DNA from: Octopus sinensis
Taxonomy: Eukaryota
DNA length: 64,000 nt
Assembly: GCF_006345805.1 (NCBI RefSeq)
Contig: NC_042998.1
Location: 102,114,001 to 102,178,000, forward strand
Direction of reading: 5' to 3'
Numbering within the stretch: the first letter of the stretch is position 1; every line of letters begins with the position of its first letter. Made by a program: the position numbers and the translations under genes. Below, piece after piece: positions 13,091 through 28,497 of the stretch. The notes under the pieces are model-generated. The model searched no databases. It saw only the letters and a program-made list of their open reading frames with translations, and was not told where the DNA came from.

Positions 13091-14644
13091 AAATGTATGT
13101 GTGTTTATGTAGGTAATCTGTCTATGTCTCTCTCTCTCTCTCTCTCTCTCAGTCACACACACGTAAGTGCACTCACATATATATAATGATTTGGAACAGT
13201 GTATCTCGAAACAGATAAAGCTATAAATGATAGTGGGATAATATTCGGTTTAAAAACTCAAACTGTTTTATCATTTCTTTTCAGTCTCACCGTTCCCGAA
13301 ATTGATTATTTCCAGTTTTCCCAAACTTTATAAATTCTTATAACGTCAGCATAAAATTGACACTGTTAAAAATAAAGTTTCTCTAATAGATAACTTTGAA
13401 GGTTTATTTTGATATTATGATAGAACGCCATTTACGTATACAGGAGACGTAGGTGTAAGTCCTACGGTCGGCCTCCGACTTTTCCAAACCAAGAAGATTT
13501 TACCTCAGTATTTATGTGCTATTACTTATAGCTGTTTACGGCTTCGAGATGCAGTCTTCCAATACAGAATAATTTCACTCTTATAAATTCTTATGACAGC
13601 ACAAATATATCTATGCATTTGTGTGTGTGTGTGTGTGTGCACGTGTGCGATTGTGTGGGGGTGTATGAGTCTATGATTGTATGTGTGTGTGCGTGTGTGT
13701 TCATTCCCCTCTTCCTTTTCCATCAGTTTGATTTGCATAATTGTTTGCCTTAAATTCAACAATATATAGTAAACCCAAGGTTTGCTCCTTTAAATGTGTC
13801 ATAATGCTGGCACATATAAAAGAGTTCTAGATAAACGTACTGTAAATCGATGTAACAAGACTAACAAAATAAAAAGCAAATTGCCATATAATATACATGT
13901 CCAGCGGAGCACAAAACATATTTCTCGCATATCATTTAATCTTGTATGTTAAATGAAATATTTTCAACCGTATTAAAAAACACCAATTTACTCAAAGAAT
14001 TTACAAATATTTCTCTCTTAGGAAAGGAATTACTTTTTGTTAATAGGCTTACTTAGTTCTTTCAAAATTATGATCTATGAAGATATGGTTTTGTTTTTCG
14101 ATGTTATTTAGACCTAACTAGTGGGTTGTGCTTTCAATTTCTGCAAACCAATAGGAAAATGGACACTACGTGCACCCACTATCCAATCATTCTAGATCTG
14201 CAATGTGAAATCTAGCTAAGAAATATTTTCCTTACAATTTCTGTATTATTGGCAAGTGAACAAATTTCCAATGGTTTAGAGATGATATTATATACATATT
14301 TTGCGATGAACACAGGTGCCATCAGCAGAATCGGTAATTCTAGTCAGCAGCAAACAATAGTAAGACATATTTTGATATGTTATTATTCATTCAACCAATA
14401 TAAACAGTATAGAATGCAAACAAAATGCCACCATACATAGTGCTAAACTTAGAGCCACTGCAGATCCTAAAATAAAAGAAAAAAATGTCAAAGTTAACAA
14501 ATACACAGGAAAAAACTGCTATACCGAAAATGACAATGAAACCTCTCCCCAGTGTTACAATTTTAAAATACAGTTAGAAATCTTAACGCTCATCCAGTAG
14601 CAGAATACCTCATAGTGCCAGGAATAAATAAACTCGTAGACATC

Positions 14645-14676
14645 CATCATGGCACCACCATCACCACCACCACTAG

Positions 14677-14747
<71 letters not shown>

Positions 14748-14788
14748 TTACTGCTGCTGCTGCCACTACTACCAACACCACCACCACC

Positions 14789-14835
<47 letters not shown>

Positions 14836-14845
14836 AACTACTACA
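14645..14845. repeat. Compound trinucleotide microsatellite (CCA/CTA/CTG)
   Basis: Direct reading; produces poly-T/A/L/P pseudo-ORFs. Confidence 0.9.
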
Positions 14846-16084
14846 CGAAAAATGTTAATAATGTATCAATCGCAACAGTAGACATCGGAACAATGGGCAA
14901 TTTATAAAGAGCGAAACTAGAAATTTGAAAATCAATAATCGAAACCACACTAACAATAGCACCAACGCTATCTTTTCTTATATAGATAAATTTCAAATTC
15001 TTGACAAAGTTCTGTAAAGTGCTTTATATGTTACAATAACAAAAACACCTACGCTAATATTCGTCATATAAACAAACTAATTCATAGGAATTAAAGAATG
15101 TGTCCAATATGAAAATTCGACTAATGCATCCCTTCGGTTCTCAGTCAGTAACTGAACACATTTTAACTCTAGACAGCCTCAAATATTCCTCTTAAATGTA
15201 GGTGCCTATTAAGTAATATAATACACATATAAATATATAAATTAGTCACGCTAGATAACAAATATTATATCGATTCTACATGTTACACATTTAAACACCG
15301 ACTTACTGTAATTTGGTTGTGATCACAGAAAATTACTTAAGGCCATTTCGCGAGTAGAAAGTATATAGGGGCTAAATTCTGAAATGATTGGCTTTAGACT
15401 GTAATTTAGTATCATTACGACAGCTCTTGCAAACACAGGAAATAAGTAATGATTGTAGACTTAGCTGAATAAAAGGGTATAACAAATGTTGAAGAAAAAT
15501 GTTACTTAATCATAAAATTATTGTAAAATAAAAACTTTAAAACCTTTCCGTGATATCTGCATATTAAGTTGCAATAATAAAGTTAAATCAAATTCGTTTA
15601 AAACCTACGTTTCAAGTTTGCGAAATGTATGATAGTAAATGTATCCATTATGTAAACCATCCTTAGTTGAAGCATTTCAAAAATATGATTATAATGATGG
15701 AAATATTTTAATATGTACGTGGTTAAAGCAGTAAGCGAACTACTAATTTAGGGGGACAGGGTAAGTATACAAAGAGAGAGAGAGTGGGGAAGACAGAAAA
15801 AAAGGAAGGACAAGGAAGAGAAGGGTATGTAAATGAGATAGAGATGAGGGAAAGAAAGAGCGTGCGAATGCCTATACTGAAAGAAAATAGGATAATATTG
15901 TTTGTTTTCACAGAAAATATAAGCAAAATTGATGAAGATGTAAGAGTGCAGCTTAGATCTTTTGTAGTGAATAAAATTATTAGTATGTGACCATAGAGAT
16001 GTGGAGTTCAGGTGCTCTGGTCTAAATAATAATCTTGATTTCAAATTTTGCACACGACCAGCAAGTCTGGTGCATCAATCCAAA

Positions 16085-16185
16085 TGCTCTACTGGTGATT
16101 ATGTTATTGACCACGAAAGGGTGAAAGGTTGAGCCGACCTTGGTGGGACATGAACTCAGAACATAAAATATAAATCTGTGTTGGC
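16085..16185 (-). mobile_element. SINE fragment of the 34508 family
   Basis: Reverse complement GTTCTGAGTTCATGTCCCACCAAGGTCGGCTCAACCTTTCACCCTTTCGTGGTCAATAA resembles 34560-34630. Confidence 0.55.
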
Positions 16186-16329
16186 GATCGTATCTCTTGC
16201 AAACTAACCGTACATTTTTTTCTATTTCCATGCTGTTTCTTGTTTGTGTTCTATTCATCTATATATTTTTCTTTCTTAATACAATTATCAATTTTAATGA
16301 TACCGGGCTTCTTTGCATGTTTTAACAAT

Positions 16330-16760
16330 GGTTCCACGTTATTTTTTTAAAAAACCCTACTAAGCTGTTTACCTCTGTTTCGATACAGTCCTTGCAACTG
16401 ATCAAGCCTCTCCCACTCCTTTCTTCTGGGCAAGTACAGCCTATCGGTGTCACTCTTAATCTGGAAGGCTCTATGCACTGTCAACATCTTCCTTGTCTTT
16501 GTATCCATGTTCATCAGTTATTTCTTTTGATTCTAGCTCCATACTGAATTGATTCGATCACCCATGTATTAACTGCTTAGATGTTATTCCATCCGGTCAA
16601 TTTTGAACGCAAAACTAATCTTAGTCTTCGGAAATATTCCTTTTCTTCAGTTGCTCTTTCATGTTTCTCTCCATTATTTCGTTGAGCTCTAGCATACCAA
16701 GGTATTTGTAGCCTTCTTTTTCAGTTTGTTTAATCTGTCCTCTATGTAGTAATTCTATTC
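16330..16760 (-). pseudogene. Second R4/Dong-like fragment (RT C-terminus)
   Basis: GYKYLGML, AVNTW, KTRKMLT...DTDRLYLPR across frameshifts. Confidence 0.7.
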
Positions 16761-17324
16761 CAGCTAGAGACTGTACCTTGCCTCTTTTTAGATACATTAT
16801 ACCACACTTCTTGATTCTTTCTTCTTTATCCTTTTTCTCTCTCTGTTTCTTCCCCTTTCTCTCCTATTTATCTCTTCTTCTCATTCGCCTCTCTCCTGCC
16901 TGCTCTCTGCGCCTCTCTCTGCCCGCTTCCAATTTCCTTCCCCTTCTTACTACAGTAGTCATCCTGTTTTCTTTCTAACTTCCTCCTTTCTTTTTCACCC
17001 CGACCACTGAAGCATCCCGGTGTAATTTCTGTAATCTCCACTACAGCTTGTTTCGTTGTCTATTGTCCTTCTATTTCTGTTATTCTTTGGTCCCATTTCT
17101 CGGCAGCTACTTGTCGGTCGCCATCAGGAGGGATTAATATCATCATTAAAGGCGCAAAATTGCGTTTGACTCCTTGATCAATAACTGTTGAGGAGTTGGT
17201 GACATTTTGTGTCTGTTTTCTATTAGTCTGTGTATTTAGTATAAGTTTTTTAAACATATGATGGATTCTCTTTTTGTAAACGACAAATGAGTGCTCAGAA
17301 AAATAAACTGTTAATCATGCTCTA

Positions 17325-18060
17325 TAGACACGAATGTGTCGCGTGGGGCCTGCTGGTGTCTTGCAGACTTTTTGGCAAATGGAACAAGCTGAGGATTCAG
17401 TGTGATTGATAGCTTGTGAACGAAGCATTTACTATGTGTTTTCTTGAGTGAACGGAAAGGTCTACTTTGCTTCGTGTCAAACCACGACTGGTTTGGTTTC
17501 CATTTAGAGGAGCAGTGTTTTACCAGCGTGCCTTCATGTTTGCACGAAGTTGGTCCCGATGCTGGAGTCGACTTTGCTTAAATCTTTGAACCAGGCCCTG
17601 CGTTCTGATGCTCTTTTTTGCCGGGAAGAAAAGGGAAAGTTACATCGTTTCAGATTGCTTTTTAATTTCCTCTGATGCCCAACTGATTTCCCTTTTGGGA
17701 ATTTGCAAAAGAGAAGTTGATTCGGATTTCTGATACCATTCAGACGTGAGAGATGACCTGACCATCTAAGCTGTATTTTGATCAGGATGGCTTCAATATC
17801 TGATATGTTGCATTTTCTTAGTACCTCACTGTTATGAATATGGTGAATCGGTTTTATGTTGGAGATAGTACTCAATCATCGCATATGAAAAGCGTCAAGG
17901 TGGTTGATATGCTTTCGGTACAGAGTTCAATATTCAGCACCATAAAGCAATGTTGTCAAGACCACCGATTGATATACATTGACTTTCACCTTCCACGATA
18001 AAGCCTGTGATAAAGCTTACAGAAAACCTCCCGATTCTGATCTCAGTTTCTTTATTCATC
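17325..18060 (-). pseudogene. RTE-clade LINE 3' fragment
   Basis: VYQSVVLTTLLYGAE, IEAILIKIQLRWSGHLSR, ASERRAW and terminal C2H2-like CSICQKVC...RH; typical RTE/BovB C-terminus. Confidence 0.8.
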
Positions 18061-19318
18061 TTCGCATCAACCCACAATCAGTTCTATACTGAAACGTTAC
18101 TCCTTTAACAACCTCGAACGCTGTTTCAACATGATGGAGAAATACAAAGCAAATAAGAGTGGCACAAAAAACACAGCCTTGTACCAAAATTTACAATAAA
18201 TAGTAGGATATATTATGGAATCAGAATTATAGAGATATCTCGAAGTGTCAGTAAGTAACGTAATCATAATATTTATTGGGGATGACAACTCTAATTTATT
18301 CTTTAAATGATTTCATCGTTATAGTATGTCATTTTTGATCATTAATAGTCCTACAGTACTTTCCATTTATTTATCCTTATTTTAGCAAGTACATAGCATT
18401 CTACAATCTCCCGAATAGACTTACTGTACCCAAAATATGTCCAAAGATTTCTTCCATACTATCAGGATTAAGCATTAATGAATGTCTGCCTATTTATTCC
18501 TTAACGCATGTTTGACCCTGGTGCTACGCATGGTAAGATCAAGGACTTTTTCCTTCTTTTTTTGGAATGATATATAAAGTATTTGGCATCTACTGTAGTC
18601 CCATTTTCCTTCTCATTCACTCTCCCTCCATGAAAAAACGTGATAATACTCACAACTGCAGAGGGATGTATTATAAAAAATTTACAAGCCTAAGAACCAT
18701 TTTATGTCATCATGGTGTACCTACGTTACCAAATAGTTTAAGATCTCATCTAATTTAAACAATATTTAGTTACTATTTTAGCAGGAATTTTGACCGCGTA
18801 ATTTTATTAAGTGGAAATTACAAATTTTTATTGTGAAAATTTGTAACTCTGAATGTCAACTAATCCATTGTTGTTAAACATAATGGCCGGAAAAGCAAAG
18901 ACAAAAAAGAAACGAAACACTTAGAAACATATACTCACACATCCACACAGTCACACACACTCTCAAATGCGTATATATGAACGTACACACTCATACACAC
19001 ATTCACACTCATACACAAACACGAGAAAGATGTGATATAGTTAATCTTCTGAATCACTTCTATTGTTTTGCTCATAAGGTCAAAACCGCCAAACAATTAT
19101 TACTTAAATCAATAGACGTAAGTCAAGTAATTCAAAATCTACAATGATGCACTAATATACACATAAGCAATATTTTGTGTTCGAGAAAAAACATTAGCAA
19201 ACAAATTGTGATTACTTTGTGAGGCTTTTATATATATTTTCGTGTGAATGTATCGAGTTACGTGTGTATTAATTTCCGTATTCCTATACATACATATGTA
19301 TTTTAATATTAATATATG

Positions 19319-19358
<40 letters not shown>

Positions 19359-19530
19359 AGATAATGGTGTCATTGAGACCCAAAGGTGACAGGTAATGCT
19401 GAATAAGTGCTATAGACAGAATATAGTTACGTTCCAGATTCGGTAATATTCCGTGTGTATATAAGAATTTTTAGCGTAATAAGATAAAAAACCAAAGCTG
19501 TATAGATATTAGAGCATTCATAGATAGAAG

Positions 19531-19582
19531 GTCTTACAGCTGTTTCTAGGATATTAATTAATAATATCTCTTCATCGGAGAC
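19531..19582 (-). ncRNA. Variant hammerhead motif (U4C core) inside repeat 19360-19920
   Basis: Minus strand: GTCT-CCGATGA-A-GAGATATT-attaatt-AATATCCT-A-GAAAC-AGCT-GTA^-AGAC; palindromic stem III ACAGCTGT. Confidence 0.6.
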
Positions 19583-20688
19583 GGTGTGAGAGGAAAAATT
19601 AAGTCATAGTTAGTTTCGATATGATACAAATAGAGAGTGAGGTGGAGGAAAGAAAATAGATGTAAGATATGTATGGGTACTGAATTTGTAAATCCGTTTT
19701 ATAGGCATAATTCCAATATCGTTTGAGTAAAATCCAAAAATCCAATAGAGTTTAATATGAGCCCTTCAAAATATAGAGTTTATAAGCAATGTAAGATTCC
19801 CACATGAGTGAGATCCAGCAGATTTTTAAACTTGGTCATTCCCAGTATGGAATTTATATATAGTGTTGCAGAGTCAAGGTTTGTATTTAAAATGACCTAG
19901 AAATAAGGAGTGTATTAGTATTGTTAAATTAAAAGCAGGAAGAGAGGAATGAAATAAAGAAAAAAAAAGAAAGAGAAAAAAAAGAAGAAAGAAAGAGAAA
20001 AAAGAGGAGTGAAGGAAAGAATGAAAGAGAAAGGAGAGAGAAGATTAGTAAAAATAACAAAATAATAAAAAAATAAAAAATAAAGAATAAAGATCCTGAA
20101 TAAAGGGAATAAAGAAAAAAGAAAAATTAAGATATATATCAGTCAGTGGACAGTGGAGATAATTTGAAAGTAAGAGGTGTGGATAGAGAGAGAAAGGTAT
20201 TATAGTGTAAAAGATAGAGGAATAGGGGTGGTTAAGAGGTAGAAGAAAGACCATTGTGTAATAGTAGCTTCTGATTGTGAGGCAAATATATGAAGAATTA
20301 AGGAAATAGCAGTGTTTAGTTTTCTGCGAAAATATATATGTGAAGATGTATATACATGTATATATCAGATAAGTTACATATACAATCCTTATTCGCATGC
20401 GCATGCCCTCATACACGCTCAATTATACGCTCATCTGCTTGTATCATCGCCCTTGCATATGCAGGTATATATACCTTGCATGTGTACATATGTTTACATA
20501 TACCCACATGCATGCATATATGCATACCCTCACTCGTACATATATACGCGAGCATGGGTGTGTACGCGTACATATGAATATATCGATACTTAAATATCGA
20601 TATTATCCTTATTTATAAATTTATATATTTCGTCATTGCATTCACTGCGGTGTTTATTTTGGCCATACATACACACACACACACACAC

Positions 20689-20720
<32 letters not shown>

Positions 20721-20741
20721 ATATATATATATGTATATATA

Positions 20742-20780
<39 letters not shown>

Positions 20781-22505
20781 TAGCTCAGAGATATATTATT
20801 GCTTATAAAGATATATATGTATATATATTCTAGCTCAGAGATTTAGTATTGCTTCTATTTATATATACACATACATATACATAACGATATAAATGTGTGT
20901 GTATGTGTGTAAGGGTGTAAGATGATAGCAGTAGAAATCGTCTCTGATTATCTCATTTAGAAAAAAACTCATCATGCTTCAACAAGCTGCATACCATTGT
21001 GCCATCAGATGTCACTAGTTTTATGGTAAAAATCCACTGGGATAAACATGGAGAAACGGTAGAACCATTAAAGTGTCGGCATTTTTTCTAAATCTTTGCA
21101 ATGAATCGAAATTCCACGTAGTGTATCTCTGTGTTCCTACTTTTAGAGGCGTTGGTAAGATGCGACAGATGTCAGTTTGAGGTCCCCTACCGTTCTTCCT
21201 GAATAAAAGATAATCAAACAATGAGAACCTTGTTGATACATTTCTACGTCCACATCAACACTTGATTGTTTGAAACAAGGGATAATTTTTAATGATTACA
21301 CAAATGCAGCAATCTATCAAGAAATCCTTCTGGAAGGATTGCGGAAGCATTGCGTGAGATTTCTCTCAAAATTCCCCACTGGAATTTGTCCCATAAATTG
21401 ACACAAATGAAGCATTACTAAACAATCTGTCCCTACAACTACATAATAGTAGTAGGTTTACAGACATGTTCGTTGTATCACGTGAAGTGTAATAACCTTA
21501 CATCGGGAGCAACTTTCTCATACGAATCATAAAGCATATTCAGATATTTTCTTATTTAAGAAACACGCAACAGACTATACTCTCTGGATCAAAGCTATAA
21601 CAGACAATTTAAATCTAATGGTTAAAAAGGCCACGTTGTTTTAAACTTTGATGCGTCCACCAGTAATAATCAAAATAGCTTAGTAATATTAAACATTACT
21701 TGTTCATGCATAATGTAACTCACATTCCTATTTGGAAAACAACAATTTTTTCCTACTAGTTTTTAAAGAATAGGACGAGTCGTATTTAGGATTTTCTCTT
21801 GATATTAAATTTAGATCCACTATATGCAAATAATTGTTTCGTTTAGCTGCATATTTTTCTTTGTTACGTAGGTCAGAAATGGAGAATTTAATCTGATAAT
21901 TTTTCTCGGCATAGACATGAGAGAAGTCTACAGAGATCATGCAGTTCACGCAAACTTATATTCAAGATACAGACAGAAATAAAGATATCAAGAAATATTT
22001 GATAGAAATCTAGCGGGGCCAAGACGCAGCATATACTAAGACAATGTCATATATTGTTCTTTCTCGAAGACATATCCTTTCTTTGCTGTAGATTTTTCTC
22101 ATCCTATATATACTCACCTTACAGTATACTGGATTTCTTAAACGGCTTTACTCTATTTTACAATGTTGCCTGCATATTTTTGTTAAGTATGTATGTATAT
22201 ATATTTTTGTGTACACACACACACACGCACGCGCGCACATACATACGCACGCGCGCACATACATACGCACACATTGATACTTCTTTATATCTATATGTCT
22301 GTTTGTGTAAGAAGACGTAAACTGCGACATATGCATGTATACACGCACACACATACACACACACATATATATGCATACATAAATATCCGTAATACACACA
22401 CACACATGAATACATTTGTATTTATGTAAAGATATATATATATATATATATATATACATGCAGAGGCACACATATACATATATATATATCCATACACACA
22501 CACAC

Positions 22506-22562
<57 letters not shown>

Positions 22563-24031
22563 CATACATATATATATGTGTGTGTTGAATAAGTGAAAAA
22601 AGCTGATAAGTAACTCGTAAATGTCTGAAAAATGGCTTGCGAATTTACAATAACTCTATACTAAAGATGTATCTATATGTAACTGCATATCCGAGTAAAT
22701 GAAAAAAAAGATAACATTAGTAGAGAAAAAAGTAATATATGTCAGACATTTCATTGATCTTTTTGTGTTTCTCACTAAAGTTTACATTAAAAAAGTATTC
22801 TTACTCTTACTTTCCATCCATTGGAAAGAAGCTAACTTATTAATGTAACGTTTGGCTTTTCTCCCAAAACTGAGACTAAATATCAAAATAACAAGCAATG
22901 ATCTGATAAGTACTGAATAATAATAAGAAACATAAATACTCTAGCAGATGAGGAGATAGCTTTCTCTTATCTCCGCATTTTCGTTTGCTTATTGAGTGGT
23001 AATTGACATCACAGAGACAGAAGAACTGTCTTTGAAATCAAAATAAGCTATTCAAAGGTTAATAGAGAAAATGGAGCTGTCAACATGATGTATTAAAGTG
23101 TGGTTTGCTTGAGTTGTCTCTTTAACAATTCAATTATACAATAATAGATATTTTTGTTCGTACATTTCTGTGGTTGTTTGTATACAAATGAAAATAAAAT
23201 GATGAAAATAAAAGAAATATTAATCCGAACAATAAAAATCAAGGATAGAAGAGAAAGATAATTCAAAACGATAAAGAAGTGTATTGATTAAACAGTGGTG
23301 AGATGGAAAAGTGTATATTTAAAGTTGAAAGGAAACTTTTGTGCATTAAAATAGAGGATTGTCATTAATGTACGTAAACGGTAATCTACATTCGATAGCG
23401 GAATATTGCATTATTGTTTGGCACCTTTATTAGTATAGTTATTAATTATGACACAAACACTTCTAAATGTCTTAAACATTTACTTATATAGTTACTCTTT
23501 CTTTGGTTAGTCATTTATCACAGAAATCTTCTAGATAAATTCCTACCATAAAAAATATAATGGGTACATAGTGAAGCCGGTTCAGTAAAATCGAGTAAGT
23601 TCTGTATTACATTTAGATTATTTCAGGATTCTGGGTAGTATCGTGCTGCATCCTATCTATATGTTAGGTGTTGGCTTCATCAAATCCAGTAATGGAAAGA
23701 GCGCTAGATAATTTAAGAACTAAAACAAAAGAACGGTTTTAAATCTATATCAAACTGACCACATCTTAGAAAGAAAATAACAACAAAGTTAAGCATTCCT
23801 CCAACGAGCCTAATGCGCACAGATATTACTTGTTACAGAAGCAATATTCACAGTCCTACGCTATTGACTTATTGCTAGGTGTAAAATAATTACGGTTTTG
23901 GAAATGGAATTTCTATCCTGCTCCGCCAATCACAAAATGTCAAATTTACGATTCACTCTCAGAAAATGTCACTAAAAATCGAACTTCAACGCTTCTGTTT
24001 CCATTGCAATTAAGAAGTTATAAGTCACATT

Positions 24032-24112
<81 letters not shown>

Positions 24113-24180
24113 CATATATATATATATATATGTAAGTATGTATGTATGTATATATTATATATATAAATATAATTATATAT

Positions 24181-24223
<43 letters not shown>

Positions 24224-24227
24224 TATA

Positions 24228-24269
<42 letters not shown>

Positions 24270-24272
<3 letters not shown>

Positions 24273-24545
24273 GGTGCCTCAGCATGGCCACAGCTCGTGA
24301 GTTGAAACTAGATAAAATGAAAAAAAATGAAATATGAATATATAAAATCGAAGTAAGCAACAAGGATGTCCAGAGGTAATGTAGTATGATCGTTTCATGC
24401 AACTCCATTTAATTGAAGAATGCAATCATTGCATCAATGATATCTTTGTTGCTTATTTTGATTTTAATCACATTACTTTGAAATTGTATGGATAATATCG
24501 CACTAAATTGTGTTGCCCCAACTTAAGTATCATATTCATTTGAAT

Positions 24546-24579
<34 letters not shown>

Positions 24580-24613
24580 CTATATATTATATAAATAAAT
24601 ATATAAATAAATA

Positions 24614-24684
<71 letters not shown>

Positions 24685-24694
24685 ATATATATAT

Positions 24695-24742
<48 letters not shown>

Positions 24743-25015
24743 GGTGCCTCAGCATGGCCACAGCTCGTGAGTTGAAACTAGATAAAATGAAAAAAAATGA
24801 AATATGAATATATAAAATCGAAGTAAGCAACAAGGATGTCCAGAGGTAATGTAGTATGATCGTTTCATGCAACTCCATTTAATTGAAGAATGCAATCATT
24901 GCATCAATGATATCTTTGTTGCTTATTTTGATTTTAATCACATTACTTTGAAATTGTATGGATAATATCGCACTAAATTGTGTTGCCCCAACTTAAGTAT
25001 CATATTCATTTGAAT

Positions 25016-25049
<34 letters not shown>

Positions 25050-25085
25050 CTATATATTATATAAATAAATATATAAATAAATATA

Positions 25086-25090
<5 letters not shown>
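24270..25090. repeat. Tandem duplication, 470-bp period (orphan LINE tail + inverted-repeat cassette + leader-A)
   Basis: GGCGGTGCCTCAGC at 24270 and 24740; non-microsatellite parts appear identical, (TA)n parts differ. IR 24343-24370 / 24439-24466 has 4 mismatches. Confidence 0.9.
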
Positions 25091-25161
<71 letters not shown>

Positions 25162-28100
25162 GTTGATGTTTAGTACAGATAGACGAATACAATAAGTTAC
25201 CCGTGAAATTTTGCTTTGATCTCAGTCATTCGGTCGTTAACGTTTGCATTAGTATGACAGATGAGATTGTGAATCCTAGATAACTAAATGTATTTCTGCA
25301 AATGATGTTTCTGGAAAAAGCGTGTAAGACAGAAACGTTAATCGTAATCTTGCTCTAAGTTAGACATTCAATTCTTATATTTTCTCCGAACAAATATTAA
25401 ATGTTTTATTCCGTGAGAAGAACATTGACATTTCAAGAAATCCATGTCGGTTCGTAAAATTGATTGAATAATATGTTTCTTTCGATTTCCTGTCATTAGG
25501 TGGTTATAAAGATGTTGTAAGAAAGTCCTTGAATATTGAGTAAATCGTTTTATTATTTTTTGTGTGGTTTAATGAAATGGATTACAACAGCTCTATCACA
25601 GGTAACTATGAAACACTCTCTACATAAAATTTCTTAGTTTCTATGTTTAGCAGGTATGAATTTCAGGATAAAAACAACCAGATAGTTTTGTAATGGCCAG
25701 ACACAACCATAAAGTTAGAGTTAATATGAATATAAAGAGAATGAAAAATAAATTTCGTTCTCCTACTACAGTAGTTTATCAAGATTCTAAGCGTATAGAT
25801 GTCTAGAGAATATAGCGCTGCCAGAATAAAAAGCATTCATGATAAGCTAGAATATATCTTACTCTCTATAACGTCTGCGCGAATGTATGGCATCTCCCTA
25901 CTCGACTTCATTATCCTCATTAAAACTGTTGGATGCAGCTGCTTTTCAAAGATTGATATTTCAGATGACGTTGCGAATACTCTTTAAAACCAAGTTACTT
26001 AAATAAATGTCTTTGATAAGTGTAAGGTCATTGGATATCATCGGTAATTATATTCTCAAAAACCTTAGTTTTCTCTGAGAATTATGTAACTTGATTACTG
26101 GATTTATTTATATTTGACACAAGGGCCATTTGTAATCATTTTCAAGATCGGCGTATGTTACAAAGCCATTTGTATACTTTGGTAAATTGTTACCAAACAA
26201 ACATGGTGATATTATTATATTGCATTCTCTTGTTGAGCTACAGTTTATTCAATTAGTTTTCTATTAACCGAAACTATCAGTCAGACATGAGAGAAATAAT
26301 GGAAGCGAAGTAATTGTGCATTAATAGTTCACTCTTCATTACTTTGACCAAATATCAGGAACCCCCAGAAGTATCAGAACCACATACACTGCGCTCCTGT
26401 GTACTGACAACATCCTCAGGAAAACAGTCAACGCGAGAATATCTTGAGCTTTTAATCTTTTTCAAAATCGCAAATATTCCAAGAAACTTTAAACAAAATC
26501 ATTTGGTCTCTCGTCGCTGCAACACATCACACCTACTCAGATTCAACATCACATTAAATTCAACGTCTAACTTGCTCACTCAGTTACAAACACAACGCGC
26601 GCGCATAAATCTTTATAAAACTGTTTCCTTATATTTGCCAACTATACATTTCCAGTATTTAAATGAATCATAGGAAGGCTACTTCAAGTGATGTAGCTCA
26701 CCACTAAGGCTGTTGTTTTTTTTTTTGTTGTGTATCCTAAGGCCAGTCCTTGAAGTGAGTTATTTGAGTATGCAAAGATTGTATTAGAAACGGTGGTATA
26801 GAAATGATAGTGTAGAAAGCAACGGCATCACTAAAAATAACATTGTTTATTTTTTTCTTTGCATAGGAGTGACACATATTGAACCAACATAAGGAAAAGG
26901 AAGACCAACTCTCAATATAAACTACTAAATATAGTAACTACTTAGCCGACAATTTTATCTAGGCTGAGCAAGAATGAGCTCGGTGTACATGCTAGATCTA
27001 ATAATAATAAAATAAAAGGGATTTGGTATCCAGCTTGAAAATATATTTGGGGAAAATCCTTCTTTAAGTGAGTTAGAATTCTTCATTATGAATCGGTATA
27101 TAATATATAGAAACATGCGTCTTATCTTACAGCTCGAAAATAATGAACGGAAAAAGCAGAACGGGTGCAACGACCATCTGAAATGACGATGGTTTCGTCG
27201 TTACGAATACTAAAACCGAACCAGAGATTTTGTTACCAAGTTAGCACTTGTTCGCACGTCATCCTTAATCAAAGGTGCTGACATATGATTGTGAATATAA
27301 TCCACAAATTCATATCAAAGGAGAAACCATGCATTATGTCTCCATGTATAGAAGATCTGTGACTACTACAATAGGATATCGATGTTGCACTCTACTGTCA
27401 AGGCAGAGAGTAGACGAGACAAATTATAGCACTGAGATTAGATCTCAGTTGTTGCTTTAAAGTTAAGATCTCAAAATTGTTATCTTTATAAAAGAAAAAG
27501 AAAAAATTTAAATGAGGGATGTAAATTGTAACATCATGAAATCTGATGAGTATTAAATCTGCTGTCCTGATGTTTTGTGAGCAGCACTTGCAGCAGCTAC
27601 GGGCGTAACGAGAGCGTACACAAACGAGTTCATCTCAGCCTCGGTGCAAGCAGCATTAGTTGCCAGTAACAGATGAGAAAAGAAATGAGGCATATATTTC
27701 CTCACCAGAGGCTCTGGGAGAAAGTTCTATCCCATTGGACTGGAGTGATGAGGAGGACATGGGAAATAGAGAAATATGGATAAAAATCTTTGGCTATTTT
27801 CGGTTCAAATTTTATTCATGTATTTTAACAACAACCAAACGTGCAAAAAGAGAACTTCGTCAATTTCATCGCTTCAATTAAAAATATGAGAAGAGTTGCA
27901 CGTGCTCTTAATTGTTTGGCTCTTTCTCATTATACAGTTTCCATATCCTGGAATTCTGTATCTACAGCTAAATTATTTTAAATGTTTCTGTAAGATGTAG
28001 CCTGCGGTTTGAGGGAGATTTCGGTGTTACTTCTACCAGACCGAGCAAATATAAATTCTTTGATTCCAACTCATAGTTGAGTATCCCTGTGGTTATAGTT

Positions 28101-28497
28101 ACATATAAAGACTAGAAGAATGGATTCCGAAATCAATTCAAGTGGATTATAGGTTTTCTATATTCATGATGGATGATGCTACACTACCTCGTTTGGACCA
28201 TATTGATTATTTTTTTCAAACAGTTCTACACGAAACCAGAAATTTAATATGGAGAGGATAGATGATTATCTGACGTTTATAATTTAATTTTCTCCAATAC
28301 ACTAGCAGTGAATGTCTAGCGAATTATATTCAAAATTTAATCGAGATCACCTTGTGGCCACTATTCCACCTCTCGGCGTTACTGTCTCTGTTTAAATTCA
28401 TTAGAATTGTATGAAGAATATGAGAATATGAAGAAGTTTGATTTAATTGGCGAACATGACAGATCTTTATTATGAGTTTGTTGATGAGAATAGTATT

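Noticed and set aside
18466-18532. Plus-strand exon candidate (TATCAG| ... |GTAAGA)
   Set aside because: Stops in all three frames.
21141-21198. Minus-strand 58-bp exon candidate with one open frame
   Set aside because: Weak donor, no recognisable protein, no neighbouring exons; needs RNA-seq.
27175-27240. GACGA/TCGTC hairpin and minus-strand GAAAC-CATC-GTC
   Set aside because: No core sequence at the expected position.
25780-27900. Complex unique-looking stretches (25780-26220, 27500-27900) as host exons
   Set aside because: Frames are interrupted and I recognise no protein family.
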